Origin: an uncultured Planctomycetaceae bacterium
GTDB taxonomy: Bacteria; Planctomycetota; Planctomycetia; Planctomycetales; Planctomycetaceae
DNA: 64,000 bases
Reading direction: 5' to 3'
Assembly (NCBI GenBank): GCA_963813715.1
Contig: CAWFAK010000016.1
Span: 352,001 to 416,000, forward strand
Shown here in pieces: positions 35,691 to 47,114 of the stretch. Both the position numbers and the translations under genes were made by a program. Below the pieces are notes generated by a model. It did no database searches. It was not told the DNA's origin and was given only the letters and a program-made list of their open reading frames with translations. Position 1 is the first letter of the stretch. Every line of letters begins with the position of its first letter.

Positions 35691-35822
35691 AAGCCCCGAA
35701 AGGGCGAGATTCTATAGCCCAGGGCGAAGGTCCGCCGCAGCCCTGGGTTAAGAAGTCCCACAGAATTCGCGAGCCCTGAAAGGGCGAGACGACGACGCAC
35801 TGAGCACCCGCCCTTCGGCTCG
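35691..35822 (+). repeat. Composite REP/MITE-like element
   Basis: GCCCCGAAAGGGC, CCCAGGGC..GCCCTGGG and GCCCTGAAAGGGC hairpins in series. Confidence 0.7.
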
Positions 35823-35949
35823 AGTTTATATGGCGTGGCTGGGGCATCCGTAGGAAGCCCCGGACCGTCGGCAAATCTATTAGCGGCTTCCGACGGGGGC
35901 TTCCGGCAAGCCGGACCGCCCCCGCCAGCCATTCACTCACGCCGCCCAC

Positions 35950-36960
35950 TCACGCCGGCGCGTTGAACGTGCTTCGCAACAGCGCCAAACTCTTCGGCAG
36001 CGCCGTCATCGGGCTTTCGTGGCCTTCGAATTCGAGCGAGATGTAGCCGCGATAGTTCACCTTGCGAAAGATGGCGGCGATTCGTTTGTAGTCGAGGTCG
36101 AGCGTGTAATAAATGCCGCCGCCGTAATACGTCTTGGCCTGCATGAAGGTCGTCCGCGGGGCCAGCTTCGCCAGCTTTTCGTACGGCTCTTCGAGAAAAT
36201 TCCCCGTGTCGGCCAGCACGCCCAGCCACGGCGAATGCACCGCATCGACGATCTTGAGCACGCCTTCCGGCAGCCGTCCGAGCCCCCAATGGTTCTCGAG
36301 CGCCAACGTCACGCCGCACTTCTCCGCCGTCGGCAGGCATTTCTCCAGCGACTCGATCACCCAGGGAAACCCGTCGGCATCGGTGTACCCCGGCAACGGC
36401 GGCTCGATGCCGCGATGCTTCATCAAGTCGTCGAAACTCTTGCTCGTCCCCCACCGCCCCGTGTTGACCCGCATCGTCGGAATGCCCAACTCGTACGCCA
36501 GCTCGATCGAGGCAATCGTCTTCGCAATATTCTGCTGCCGCACGCTCACGTCAGGCGACAAAAACCCCTGATGCGTCGACAACCCACACAATGGCATCCC
36601 CAACAGGAGCGCCTGCCGCTTGATCGCCGCCAACGCCGCGCGATTGGGCCGTACAGGCGGCTCGCCCGCCACTGTCTTGCCCGACACTGTGTAGTGATCC
36701 ATCTGCATCTCGAGGATCTCGACAAAGTCGAACCCGATGTCGGCACTGCGCGAAATGCATTCCGGAATCGACAGCTTCCAATCGTCCTGAAACCGCCAGA
36801 AGGAATACGTGGAGACGCCGATGGGGTTGGGACGGGGGGCGGTGGTCACGAGCGTCGAAGGATCCGCCGGGGCCCAAGTTTGTCCCGAGAACGCGTTCAG
36901 CACGACAAGTCCACCCAACATCAACCCTCTTTCGAAGAGGTCTCGCCGATGCATGCTCAT
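35950..36960 (-). CDS. Tat-signal sugar phosphate isomerase/epimerase (xylose isomerase-like TIM barrel)
   Basis: MHRRDLF signal, GVSTYSF, LALENHWG, DTGNF and YRGYISLEFEG motifs. Confidence 0.85.
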   Translation of the reverse strand: MSMHRRDLFERGLMLGGLVVLNAFSGQTWAPADPSTLVTTAPRPNPIGVSTYSFWRFQDDWKLSIPECISRSADIGFDFVEILEMQMDHYTVSGKTVAGEPPVRPNRAALAAIKRQALLLGMPLCGLSTHQGFLSPDVSVRQQNIAKTIASIELAYELGIPTMRVNTGRWGTSKSFDDLMKHRGIEPPLPGYTDADGFPWVIESLEKCLPTAEKCGVTLALENHWGLGRLPEGVLKIVDAVHSPWLGVLADTGNFLEEPYEKLAKLAPRTTFMQAKTYYGGGIYYTLDLDYKRIAAIFRKVNYRGYISLEFEGHESPMTALPKSLALLRSTFNAPA

Positions 36961-37070
36961 TTCAGTCCACCACTTTGTTTGCTGGCTGCCGGTTATGTGG
37001 AGCTCCGTTCCAGTCAGTTTCTCGGTCAAATGCGACTTTCATCGCACTGCCGTCCGGAATTAGGAAAAGC

Positions 37071-37846
37071 TTATCCTTCCAGCCATCGTCCCACGTTGCC
37101 CGCCTCACCTGATTCGCTTGATTCGATTTTCCACCTGCCCTGAGTCACCGTGGTCCGCCAAATTCTTTGGGCGCTAAACGATGGGTCTAACACCATCGTA
37201 AATGCGTCAGAGCCGGGCACTTTAACCATCTGCCATGTGCCGGCGAATTCTGCGACGAGCGATCGTGCGGCCTTGGCTTCGCCCCGCTTCCGTCTCTTCG
37301 GCTTCGATGGCACTCTTCGCTTAGCAGCGGACTCAGTCAGTTCGCTGAGGACTTTGTGCAAGCTATCTCGGATCGCGTCCTTAGCGTCCTTGCGCTTTTC
37401 AATTTTTGAAATTACCGCCCACTTTTGAGCCGCCTTGCGGAATTTGTTGAGCGCGTCAGTTCTTTTTGATTGGTGTCTCGCTTGATGTCCCACTCGCCGA
37501 AGAACAGCATCACATTGGACTTCCCCTTTTTCTTAGAGAAGTATTCGATCTCTTCGACAGTCCCGGACTCATGGGTATCAGTTGGTGTGCCGAGGTGAGT
37601 CCCAAAGATGCCAATCAAAACATCGCAGTCGTATCCGGCGATGAGTCGGCGATCGATGATTTTCTGCGGGTGTTCGTCCCCTCCCATTGGACGATGGTGC
37701 AGCTTCCAGTAAATCACCTCTGCCAGAACGCCATTGCGGGAGTTGGTCTGGTTCCATTCCTGGACTAGCTGCAAAACTACTTTCATCTCCCTGTCGACGT
37801 CGGAGGGAGCTGCAACGAAAACGCGAAACACCGTCGCGTGAATCAT
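37071..37846 (-). CDS. DUF4062-like (nucleoside deoxyribosyltransferase/TIR-like fold) protein; frameshift near 37480
   Basis: RVFVAAPSDV..E, PQ..I, CDVLIGIF...LGTPT...SGT.EEI; low GC. Confidence 0.65.
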
Positions 37847-38041
37847 ACCCGACACCGTACAGCGCCGCTTCAGGCTGGGTCAAATGCCGTGACCTCAAAT
37901 CGCCGATGCCGCTTGCGGCGCCCGTGGCAACCGGCGATCAGCGTGCGTGCTCCCGGTGCCATTCCCGGGTAATAGACCCACCGATTGCCTTGAAGGTCTC
38001 TCTGGTCAAGAATGACCGTCAACCTGGCGGGAGAACAATCA

Positions 38042-38950
38042 GTGAGTATTCCCAATTACGAAACGATTATGCATCCATTTTTGGAGGCGATTCAAAACGG
38101 CGCGGAGCATCGAATGCGCGACGTGACCGTATCAATCGCGGATCGCTTTGGACTCTCGGGCGACGACCGCCAAGTACTTCTCCCAAGCGGTCAACAGACA
38201 TTGGTCGCTAACCGCGTCGGATGGGCGAGAACATATCTGAAGAAGGCTGGCCTGATAGAAAGTCCGGCACGGGGCGTTGTAAGGATCACGGATGAAGGGC
38301 GAAGAGCCCTAGCCCAGGGACGCCAAATTGACGACGGATTTTTGGCTCAATATCCCGCATTCGCGGAATTCAAGTTGAAGAGACGCGACGCCAGACCTAA
38401 AGCTGCCGAAGTTTTCACCGGCGATCAGACGCCCGATGACGCAATCGATGGTGCCTATCAGGAGCTCCGAGCTGCCTTGGCAGACGATCTGTTGGAGCGG
38501 TTGCGTGGCTGCTCTCCCGCGTTCTTTGAGCGATTGGTCGTTGAACTGCTTGTAGCAATGGGATACGGGGGCTCGCTTGTAGATGCCGGGAGGGCGGTCG
38601 GCGGGCCCGGCGATCAAGGAATCGACGGGATCATCAAGGAGGACAAGCTCGGTTTGGACATCGTTTGCCTCCAAGCGAAGCGATGGCAAAACACTGTCGG
38701 CCGTCCGCAGGTCCAGGCGTTTGCGGGGAGCTTGGCCCGATTTCACACCAAGAAGGGCGTGATGATCACGACTTCGGAATTCTCGAAAGATGCAATCGAA
38801 TTTGTTGCGAACATTGAGCACAAGATCGTGTTGATCGACGGCGATCAATTGGCCGATTTCATGATCGATCACAATGTCGGCGTGATCCTCGCTCGTCGAT
38901 ACGAGATCAAACGTGTTGACTCCGACTACTTCGACGAAAGCGGCGACTAA
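38042..38950 (+). CDS. mrr: Mrr-family type IV restriction endonuclease
   Basis: Mrr_N (NRVGWARTYLKKAGLI), FFERLVVELL..MGY, D.GIDG, QAKRW, KGVMITTS.F and LIDG..L motifs. Confidence 0.92.
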   Translation: MSIPNYETIMHPFLEAIQNGAEHRMRDVTVSIADRFGLSGDDRQVLLPSGQQTLVANRVGWARTYLKKAGLIESPARGVVRITDEGRRALAQGRQIDDGFLAQYPAFAEFKLKRRDARPKAAEVFTGDQTPDDAIDGAYQELRAALADDLLERLRGCSPAFFERLVVELLVAMGYGGSLVDAGRAVGGPGDQGIDGIIKEDKLGLDIVCLQAKRWQNTVGRPQVQAFAGSLARFHTKKGVMITTSEFSKDAIEFVANIEHKIVLIDGDQLADFMIDHNVGVILARRYEIKRVDSDYFDESGD

Positions 38951-38958
38951 GAACGGAC

Positions 38959-39065
38959 GGGTGCCACTGGGCGGGAGCTTAGCCCGCCCGCGTCTTCTTG
39001 GCCGGAAATCGCCTGTAGTTGACCGCGAAGAGCACGGGCAGAGAAGCCGGCCGCCCGTGGCACCC
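38959..39065. repeat. Degenerate REP pair related to 841-924
   Basis: GGGTGCCAC (38959-38967) ... GTGGCACCC (39057-39065) termini with internal palindromes. Confidence 0.6.
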
Positions 39066-39082
39066 GATCCGCTTCTGATTCT

Positions 39083-39215
39083 AACCCCGCGAGGGGTGAT
39101 TCTCCTCTTGCCACCGGTGTCAACCGGTGGATAGGCGGCCATCACCCACTTGAATTTGGGCCCCCGCAAGGGGGCGACCACGCTTTCTGCGAAGAGTGCC
39201 GCCCCTTCCGGGGCT
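39083..39215. repeat. Composite REP/MITE-like element with the same architecture as 35691-35822
   Basis: ACCCCGCGAGGGGT, CCACCGGT..ACCGGTGG, GCCCCCGCAAGGGGGC and inverted GCCCCTTCCGGGGC. Confidence 0.65.
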
Positions 39216-39453
39216 CTTCCGAGGATCGTCAAGGCTTCAATCGCTTCGGGGTCAGAAGGCCTCCAAAGCCTCAGGCCGCCCCCGCCCGATCAGCCCGCCT
39301 CGTGGACAAGAACAGACGCGGAAAAGTTTCGGAGTTGTTTCTATGGGCGTGGAAACTCGGGGTTCTTGGCATTCGGATTTGCCCGTAGGCTGGCGGTAGG
39401 GCTCGTCTCGCGACAGATCGCGGTGTGCGCGGCCGGCCCGAGGAGATGTCTTT

Positions 39454-39526
39454 AACCACCAGGCGCCAAGGACACCAAGCCAGATTGATGACTCCAAGAC
39501 TTGGAGCTCTTGCTGGCTTGGTGGTT
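39454..39526. repeat. 9-bp-period inverted repeat element (ACCAAG/CTTGGT type)
   Basis: AACCACCAGGCGCCAAGGACACCAAG ... CTTGGAGCTCTTGCTGGCTTGGTGGTT. Confidence 0.6.
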
Positions 39527-39733
39527 CAGAATTCTGGTACTCAGCCAATCAACTTGGGACGGGACACGCGGGACACGTTGGGACCTGGGACAACTTCCAA
39601 CAGTGGGACACCTCCATGAAGGAGGCATTTGTCCCGCCTTAAAGCGTCGCAGGCGAATGATTTCAAGATAAAGCTGAAGCGGGACGGGACTGGTTTGCAA
39701 AGGGCGGGACGGGACACGAACGCGGCACGGGAG

Positions 39734-39967
39734 TTAGGCGGGCTCGAGATCGTCGACGTCTACCTCGGACGCTTCGATCACGCTTCCGTCGGCCGTCAGA
39801 ATCGCCGGTTCCAATTCGATCCAGAGGATTTGTTCATTCGGCGCATTGATGCTGACCTTCAGCTTCGGGGCTACGACGCCAACGGCCCCCCACAATTTCG
39901 CGTTAAAGCAACGTGGCGAAACCCGGACCCGGTCTCCGATGGAAAATCGGCGAAGCCGCTCGCTCAT
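39734..39967 (-). CDS. Small hypothetical protein (77 aa, SH3/KOW-like pattern)
   Basis: FSIGDRVRV..G.VGVV pattern; bracketed by GGGACGGGAC motifs at 39706 and 39990. Confidence 0.5.
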   Translation of the reverse strand: MSERLRRFSIGDRVRVSPRCFNAKLWGAVGVVAPKLKVSINAPNEQILWIELEPAILTADGSVIEASEVDVDDLEPA

Positions 39968-40204
39968 ATGTTTTTCAGTAGTCACTACCGGGACGGGACT
40001 CGAACACGGCCATGGGACGAATTGTAGGGAGGGTAGCCAGGTCAACTTGTTCGGGCCACTAGGCGGGGGTTGAAGGCCCCTAGGTGTTTTCACCGGGGGT
40101 TGGGTCACCTTTTTTATCTCATAAAGGTGACCCACAGAATTGGTGACCCACCCCCCCCATGACGGGACGGGACGAGAGTGGGACATGGGACGGGAGAGGC
40201 CAAT

Positions 40205-40245
40205 CCCCCTCACCCCTGGCCCCTCTCCCGCAGGGGACGAGGGGG
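40205..40245 (+). repeat. CCCCTCACCCC..CCCCTCTCCC-type REP
   Basis: CCCCCTCACCCCTGGCCCCTCTCCCGCAGGGGACGAGGGG; near-copies at 43833-43872 and 52168-52207. Confidence 0.8.
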
Positions 40246-40283
40246 AAGGTCCCTGGGAGAGCGGCTGTGTTTCTTTTCAAGAG

Positions 40284-41609
<1,326 letters not shown>

Positions 41610-42039
41610 TCACCGAGAAAAGCCCGCGAAAATTGGCGATCACCCCCAGCTCGACGGCGTTTGGCCTGGACCCATCCGCAGCGGGTGGGACAGAGAAGGA
41701 AGGATGGGACGGGACACGTTTGTTCGGGTCCAATGTCCAAAGTCCAAGGTCCAAAGTCTTCGGACCGATCGGCAGGCATCGGGTCGGCGGTGGGACCCGA
41801 CTCGGGGACGGGACACCGGGACGGGACACGTTGTTTCACCGAGAAAAGCCCGGAGAAATTGGCGATCACCCCCAGCTCGACGGCGTTTGGCCTGGACCCA
41901 TCCGCAGCGGGTGGGAGAGAGAAGGATGGGACGGGACACGTTAGTTTCGAAGTCCAAGGTCCAAAGTCCAAGGTCCAAAGTCTTCGGACCGATCGGCAGG
42001 CAGCGGGTCGGCGGCGGGACGGGACACCGGGACGGGACA

Positions 42040-43551
42040 GAATGGCACTAACTTAAGGCGTTACTTGTTTGTGGATCAGGGCTTGTTGAAGTTGGCGACG
42101 TGGTTTGTTCATGAGATCGTATTGTTTTGGTCGTCGCTTAGAGGCGCGTGGCTCGCAACGACCTGGGCGGTGGGGAACAACGATCAGATTTCTGGGGGCC
42201 GCGTTGAGCGGGGCATGGCAGAGTCGTCGTTGGGCGTCGATGAAGCTGGTCCGAGTCACCGGCACGCGCTGGCGTTTTGCCGAACGCAGCATCACGCAGC
42301 GCACCAGATTGTAAACGATGGCGAACATGGCCAGCTCTTTGTGAATCCCGTCGACTGTTTTGGTGCGCAGCACGTCCATGCGGAGCGTTTGTTTCAGATG
42401 CCTGAGATTCGTCTCGATCTGCCAGCGATTCAGATAGAGGTTGGCCAGTTCGACGGCCGGGTAACGTCGTTGATCCAAGAGCGTCGTCACGAGGGTCACC
42501 TGGCGGACTCGAAACCCCCGTTGAGTGATGCGATAGCGCAGCTCCCGTAGGAGCAGGGATTCGGGCAGCCGCGCGAAGTCTTCCGGGGTGATCCACGATG
42601 GCCGTTGGGTCGGTTTGAACGCCTCGACGATTTGATCGTGTCGGCCCAGCGACTGGACCCAGCGGGACGTCGGTTGTCCCTTCACGCGTGGGACATTCTT
42701 CGCACGCTTCTGCGGCGAGTAAGGCCGCCTTTTTTGGAAGTTGACGATCGTCGCTTGATGGATGCGAAACACAGCAAAAACGCCGGCTAAATTGAGCAGT
42801 GCCAGATGTGCGTAGGAGCAGAATCCCCGATCGCCGACGACCACGTCGTTCGGCTGAAAGGCCTCGTGCACGCGCTGAACCCGCGACAGGTCATGCGACC
42901 GCAAAGGAGCTGGCAGCACCCGCAAGAGAAAGCCGGTGCTGGCATCAAACAGTGTCAGGAGACGGGCCACCGGAAATCCACAGCCGGGCCGCTGAGCCCC
43001 CGATTGCCCGAAGGCCTCCTGCAGCGAGGGTGTGTCGGGCATCGAACAGGCAGAACCATCCACGTGCCAAAGACGATGACCTCGCCAGCAGTTAGGCACT
43101 TGCGCACCAACAGCACGCGCCACCCCCTCCATCAGCCGTTGGAAGAGTTCCAGCGGCAATCGCGCGCGGGCCTTGCAGTAGGCCTCGCCGGTGACATCCA
43201 GATCCAGGAGATGGGGCACGTGATCACAGGCGATGTTGCCCGCCAAGACCTGCCGCAGGAACGCATAGACGGTGGTGATCGGATTGAGTGTGCAGTCGCG
43301 CCACACGTGATTGAGTTCGCGACAGATCTGCTCGATCCGCTCGGGCGAAAGCGCCTCGGTCACATCCCCCTTGACCTGCTCCAAAACAGACTCGATAAAT
43401 GGCGCCATCCTTGGCCTCCTGTGGAAATGGGTCGTTTAGCAACCTCATTCTCGCAGGAGGCCGGGATTCCTCAGAGACGCATTCCGTCACGCTCCTCACC
43501 CGACATAAACTTCCAACTGCCAACTCCTTCCGGCTTGAGTTAGTGCCATTC
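42040..43551 (-). mobile_element. Complete IS4-family insertion sequence (1512 bp)
   Basis: TIR GAATGGCACTAACT (14-bp perfect, 17/18 extended); 11-bp target duplication GGGACGGGACA at 42029-42039 and 43552-43562. Confidence 0.93.
42053..43408 (-). CDS. IS4-family DDE transposase (451 aa, intact)
   Basis: VDGS, GDRGF and Y..RWQIE...R.LK (YREK) signature. Confidence 0.93.
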   Translation of the reverse strand: MAPFIESVLEQVKGDVTEALSPERIEQICRELNHVWRDCTLNPITTVYAFLRQVLAGNIACDHVPHLLDLDVTGEAYCKARARLPLELFQRLMEGVARAVGAQVPNCWRGHRLWHVDGSACSMPDTPSLQEAFGQSGAQRPGCGFPVARLLTLFDASTGFLLRVLPAPLRSHDLSRVQRVHEAFQPNDVVVGDRGFCSYAHLALLNLAGVFAVFRIHQATIVNFQKRRPYSPQKRAKNVPRVKGQPTSRWVQSLGRHDQIVEAFKPTQRPSWITPEDFARLPESLLLRELRYRITQRGFRVRQVTLVTTLLDQRRYPAVELANLYLNRWQIETNLRHLKQTLRMDVLRTKTVDGIHKELAMFAIVYNLVRCVMLRSAKRQRVPVTRTSFIDAQRRLCHAPLNAAPRNLIVVPHRPGRCEPRASKRRPKQYDLMNKPRRQLQQALIHKQVTP

Positions 43552-43832
43552 GGGACGGGACACGTTGTTTCACCGAGAAAAGCCCGGAGAAATTGGCGAT
43601 CAGCCCCAGCTCGACGGCGTTTGGCCTGGACCCATCCGCAGCGGGCGGGAGAGAGAAGGATGGGACGGGACACGTTGGGACTGGACCGGCGACCGGTCAC
43701 AGAATGGCCGGTGGGTCGGGACACTTTGATTCAATAGGTAGCTGACCCACCGAAGTCGTTGACCCACCCCCTGCCATGACGGGACGGGACACTCCAGTCG
43801 AGCGGGACACGCGACGGGACACGCGGGACAAT

Positions 43833-43872
43833 CCCCCTCACCCCTGGCCCCTCTCCCGCAAGGGGCGAGGGG
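43833..43872 (+). repeat. CCCCTCACCCC..CCCCTCTCCC-type REP
   Basis: CCCCCTCACCCCTGGCCCCTCTCCCGCAAGGGGCGAGGGG. Confidence 0.8.
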
Positions 43873-44167
43873 AAAAGCCTCGGGGGACGGGACGGGACAC
43901 GAGCCGGGGAACGTCGCGGCTTCACTCGCTCCAGGATTAGAAGGCAGTGCGCGGCTTGCGTTTTGCGCAGGTGCGCTGTCTGCTCGACTCTTGGGGCCGG
44001 CAAACTTGCCGAAATCAGGATTACCTCATCGCATCGAGAACAATTCGCTCTCGGCCGACGACACTTCGGCGAGTTCCGACTCAACCGGGACGATTATCGG
44101 GGCGGCATTCTCTCGGACCGCGGCAGCCGCGGACGTATAATTGGGAAGGGCCCCGAAGGAATCGAAC

Positions 44168-44941
44168 ATGAAACGACCATTTTTCAAATTCGCCTTGGCG
44201 ACCCTGACATTCTGTTGGCTGGCGGGAATCGCAAATTCGACAGCAAGGGCACAAAGCGAAGGCCAGTTTGGCACATTGGTGCCCAATCCCCCAGGCGCAA
44301 CGCCTCCCTGGGCGGGGCAGGCAGGAGGCGTCGCAACCTTCGGAACTCCTGCTCCCTTGCCAAACGGGAGGTTTAGCTCCGCGTCAAACGGCAGGTTTGG
44401 AACGCCTGTCATCCCATTGGAAGATACGCAGGTCCAGGTCCAAAATGGAGTCCTGAGGGCACTGCTGGGAGAACCGCAACCTGGCGGCGTCTATGAGGCC
44501 TATGGAACTCCGAGTGCTTACGGACCCGACAACCGAAATCCCTACAACGGCAATCCCGACAACAGCAATCCCTACAGCGGCAATCCCGACAGCGGCAATC
44601 CCTACAGCGGCAATCCCTAGGGGCTCCCGGCGGCAATCCCGACAGCGGCAATCTCTACAGCGGCAATCTCTCCGGCAGCGGCAATCTCTTACGGCGGCAA
44701 TCGTCCTGCAACCGGCTATTACGGCGCAGGATTGGAGTCGAGCTCTGACAACTCCGGCGGCGGCTATCTGAGCAACGACGGCGGCTTCCGTGGTTATAGC
44801 CCTTACTACGGCAATAACGGCGGCTATGGACTGAACTACGGGGCCGTCGATTTGGGCTCCTCCGGCAACCACTCTGCGCCGGCTTACGACGGAGGCGGCT
44901 ACTACAGTAGCGGCATCTCCGGGAACGGCTACTCTCCGTAG
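44168..44941 (+). CDS. Secreted low-complexity Gly/Asn/Tyr/Ser-rich protein with NP(Y/D)SG pentapeptide repeats; in-frame TAG at 44618-44620
   Basis: Signal peptide MKRPFFKFALATL..ARA; 15-bp GGCAATCCCTACAGC-type tandem repeats; ORF 44732-44941 is in the same frame. Confidence 0.55.
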
Positions 44942-45098
44942 TCCAATAGCGCTGCAATCCGCGCATGCCGGGGAGATCTCGGCGCCGCGAGATCCGAGCG
45001 AGCCTTGGCCGTACCCTGCTTCTGGGACGGGACACATCGGGAGCGGCGCGCGAGGATCACTCGAGTGTCGCCCGGCATCGCCACGTGACTCCCGACGC

Positions 45099-45836
45099 TT
45101 ACTCCATCTTCGTCCGATTCTCCAGGAGCCGCTCGAACTCTTCAGGGTCGACCTTCCACAGGGTGTTTGGGTTTTCGCGGGTGAGCTTCAGATGGGAGAC
45201 TTCGACCTCGCCCCAAGGTTCCCCGGCGTACGACAGCTTGATCAGCACGCCGCCCTTGAGGGTCGCGCGCAGCGGGTTGTTGGGATTCGGATTGATCTGT
45301 TTTCCGTAAATGGTCAGTCGCTTGAACGCGACCCACACGTTATCGGGGGTGTCGGCCTTCTGGCCCCTTCTGGTGGTCTGCTTCGTCCAAAGCGTGGGCT
45401 GGCCGGCGATCGAGATGCGGAAGTCGAACGGTTTATGGCGGGTCTTGAACGTGCGTTCGATCTCGTCGGGGGCGACCTTCCAGCTTTCGCCATCGTTGGC
45501 TCGAATGAGCTTTAATTCCGACACGTCGGCCCGCCCCGCTGACGCGACCTCGAGCACAATCTTGCCCGTCAGTGTCGCCCGCGACGGGTCCTGGGGATCG
45601 TGCTCGACATTAAACTCGCCGATGGGCTGCAGTCTTGCGTTTTTGAGATATCCCCAGATCAGATCGGGGTCAGCCGCTCCGTTGTCGCCCATCCCGCCCC
45701 TTAAGACCGCGCGATCGTTGACCGAGATGGTGATCGGCACATAGCGAGCGGCCAGGCAGCGGCCGCCCGAAGCCAGGGCGAGGCCGAGTGCCAGGATCAT
45801 TGCCGACCATCGAACCGAATTGTGACGTGCGGGCAT
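45099..45836 (-). CDS. Secreted hypothetical protein with two homologous domains
   Basis: Signal peptide; repeated W..(L/F)K..P..P.RATL.G..VS.LKL.R....WKV.P.E.ER. Confidence 0.65.
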   Translation of the reverse strand: MPARHNSVRWSAMILALGLALASGGRCLAARYVPITISVNDRAVLRGGMGDNGAADPDLIWGYLKNARLQPIGEFNVEHDPQDPSRATLTGKIVLEVASAGRADVSELKLIRANDGESWKVAPDEIERTFKTRHKPFDFRISIAGQPTLWTKQTTRRGQKADTPDNVWVAFKRLTIYGKQINPNPNNPLRATLKGGVLIKLSYAGEPWGEVEVSHLKLTRENPNTLWKVDPEEFERLLENRTKME

Positions 45837-46302
45837 GGTTTCCCTTCCCCAAAAGAGACGTAGCGACTGCGCGGCACTCGTTTGAAGAGAACAATTGGCA
45901 GGCTGCGTTGGTTGGCCGGTGCGCTAGTGAACGCGTGGTCCCGACTCCGACGCGGACGGGGAACATATCGCGCGTCAGTCCGTGCTCCAAGATCGCTTGA
46001 GCGGTTTGCCAGAGGACGTCGGTGTGGCGGTTCGGCTCCGGGAGTGCCTGCGCGGTGGCAAGTTTTGAAGTCGGAGGAGCGGACGGGGGCTTTTCGGCGT
46101 TCAGGGGGCCGGCTGGCGGAGTTCGCCTTCCTGGGCTCTCGCAGCATGTTCACGCCTCAAATCGTTGCCCCCTCAGACAAAAAACTCGCCTTTGCCGATC
46201 AATCCTGTGGAACGGAGCGGGGGATTAGGGCCGCCGACGAAGTGCAGCGAGCACAGTCGCGAGTGTCGATAAAGGCTCCTAAGAGCCAGGCGAGGGTCGA
46301 GG

Positions 46303-46674
46303 ATGAGCCGCCGCACTGTGATCCGACGGGCAACGTTCGTCGCGTTTCTCGTGGCGTGGCCGATCGCCGTCGAGTGGGCGAAGCGGCGGTTTCCGCATGA
46401 GGCGGGAGTTCACGGCGTTGCGGCCGTGGCCAGCCTGGTGGTCTATGTGGCCTGCGCGGCAGCGCTGCGATCGCGAGTGATCGCCGGCTTGCTGGGCGGC
46501 GTGCTCGTCTGGGCGATGACCAACGCCTTTACGACAATCACAGACCCTGAGGGCTTGGAGGAGTGGTGGGGACGGCTCTTCCTATGGAGCGTGATCGGCA
46601 TCGTCGCGGGCTACGTGTGGGACACCTTCCGCAAAGTCGAGCCGCCAGATTCGGATGAACGTCACTTCGCCTGA
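46303..46674 (+). CDS. Small membrane protein (about 4 TM)
   Basis: Hydrophobic segments, ATG start with upstream GAGG. Confidence 0.5.
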   Translation: MSRRTVIRRATFVAFLVAWPIAVEWAKRRFPHEAGVHGVAAVASLVVYVACAAALRSRVIAGLLGGVLVWAMTNAFTTITDPEGLEEWWGRLFLWSVIGIVAGYVWDTFRKVEPPDSDERHFA

Positions 46675-47021
46675 ACGCGATAGCCCCGTTTCAAGAGTGC
46701 GTCTCGCACGCGGTCGGCGTGCTCTCCTTGAATCTCGAGCACACCATCTTTGAAGGTGCCGCCCGCGCCGCAGACCGACTTGAGATGGCTCAACAATTCC
46801 GAGACTTCAGCCTCACGCCCCGTTAGCCCGCGCAGCGCCGTCACGACCTTTCCCTTCTTGCGCTTCTCGATCGCAATCTTCACGGGCGCAAGCTTCACGT
46901 GCTGCGGGGGCGGCGTGCGCTCCGGCTCCGGAGGTGGGCACGCGCAATCCTCGACCGACTTCCCGCAGCGTTCGCAGGTCGGTGGCCGGTCGAACGGCGT
47001 CCCGGCAAATAGCCTTATCAT
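46662..47021 (-). CDS. yciH: SUI1/YciH translation initiation factor-like protein with N-terminal Cys motif
   Basis: EKRKKGKVVT..GL, LKSVCGAGGT.KDG.LEIQGEH motifs. Confidence 0.88.
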   Translation of the reverse strand: MIRLFAGTPFDRPPTCERCGKSVEDCACPPPEPERTPPPQHVKLAPVKIAIEKRKKGKVVTALRGLTGREAEVSELLSHLKSVCGAGGTFKDGVLEIQGEHADRVRDALLKRGYRVQAK

Positions 47022-47114
47022 CTTCGCTTCACGACACGCTGAATCGATAATCGCGACTCGAAATCGAATCGTCGCCGATTATCCCCATTCCGCGAACCCG
47101 GTCTACACACCGCC

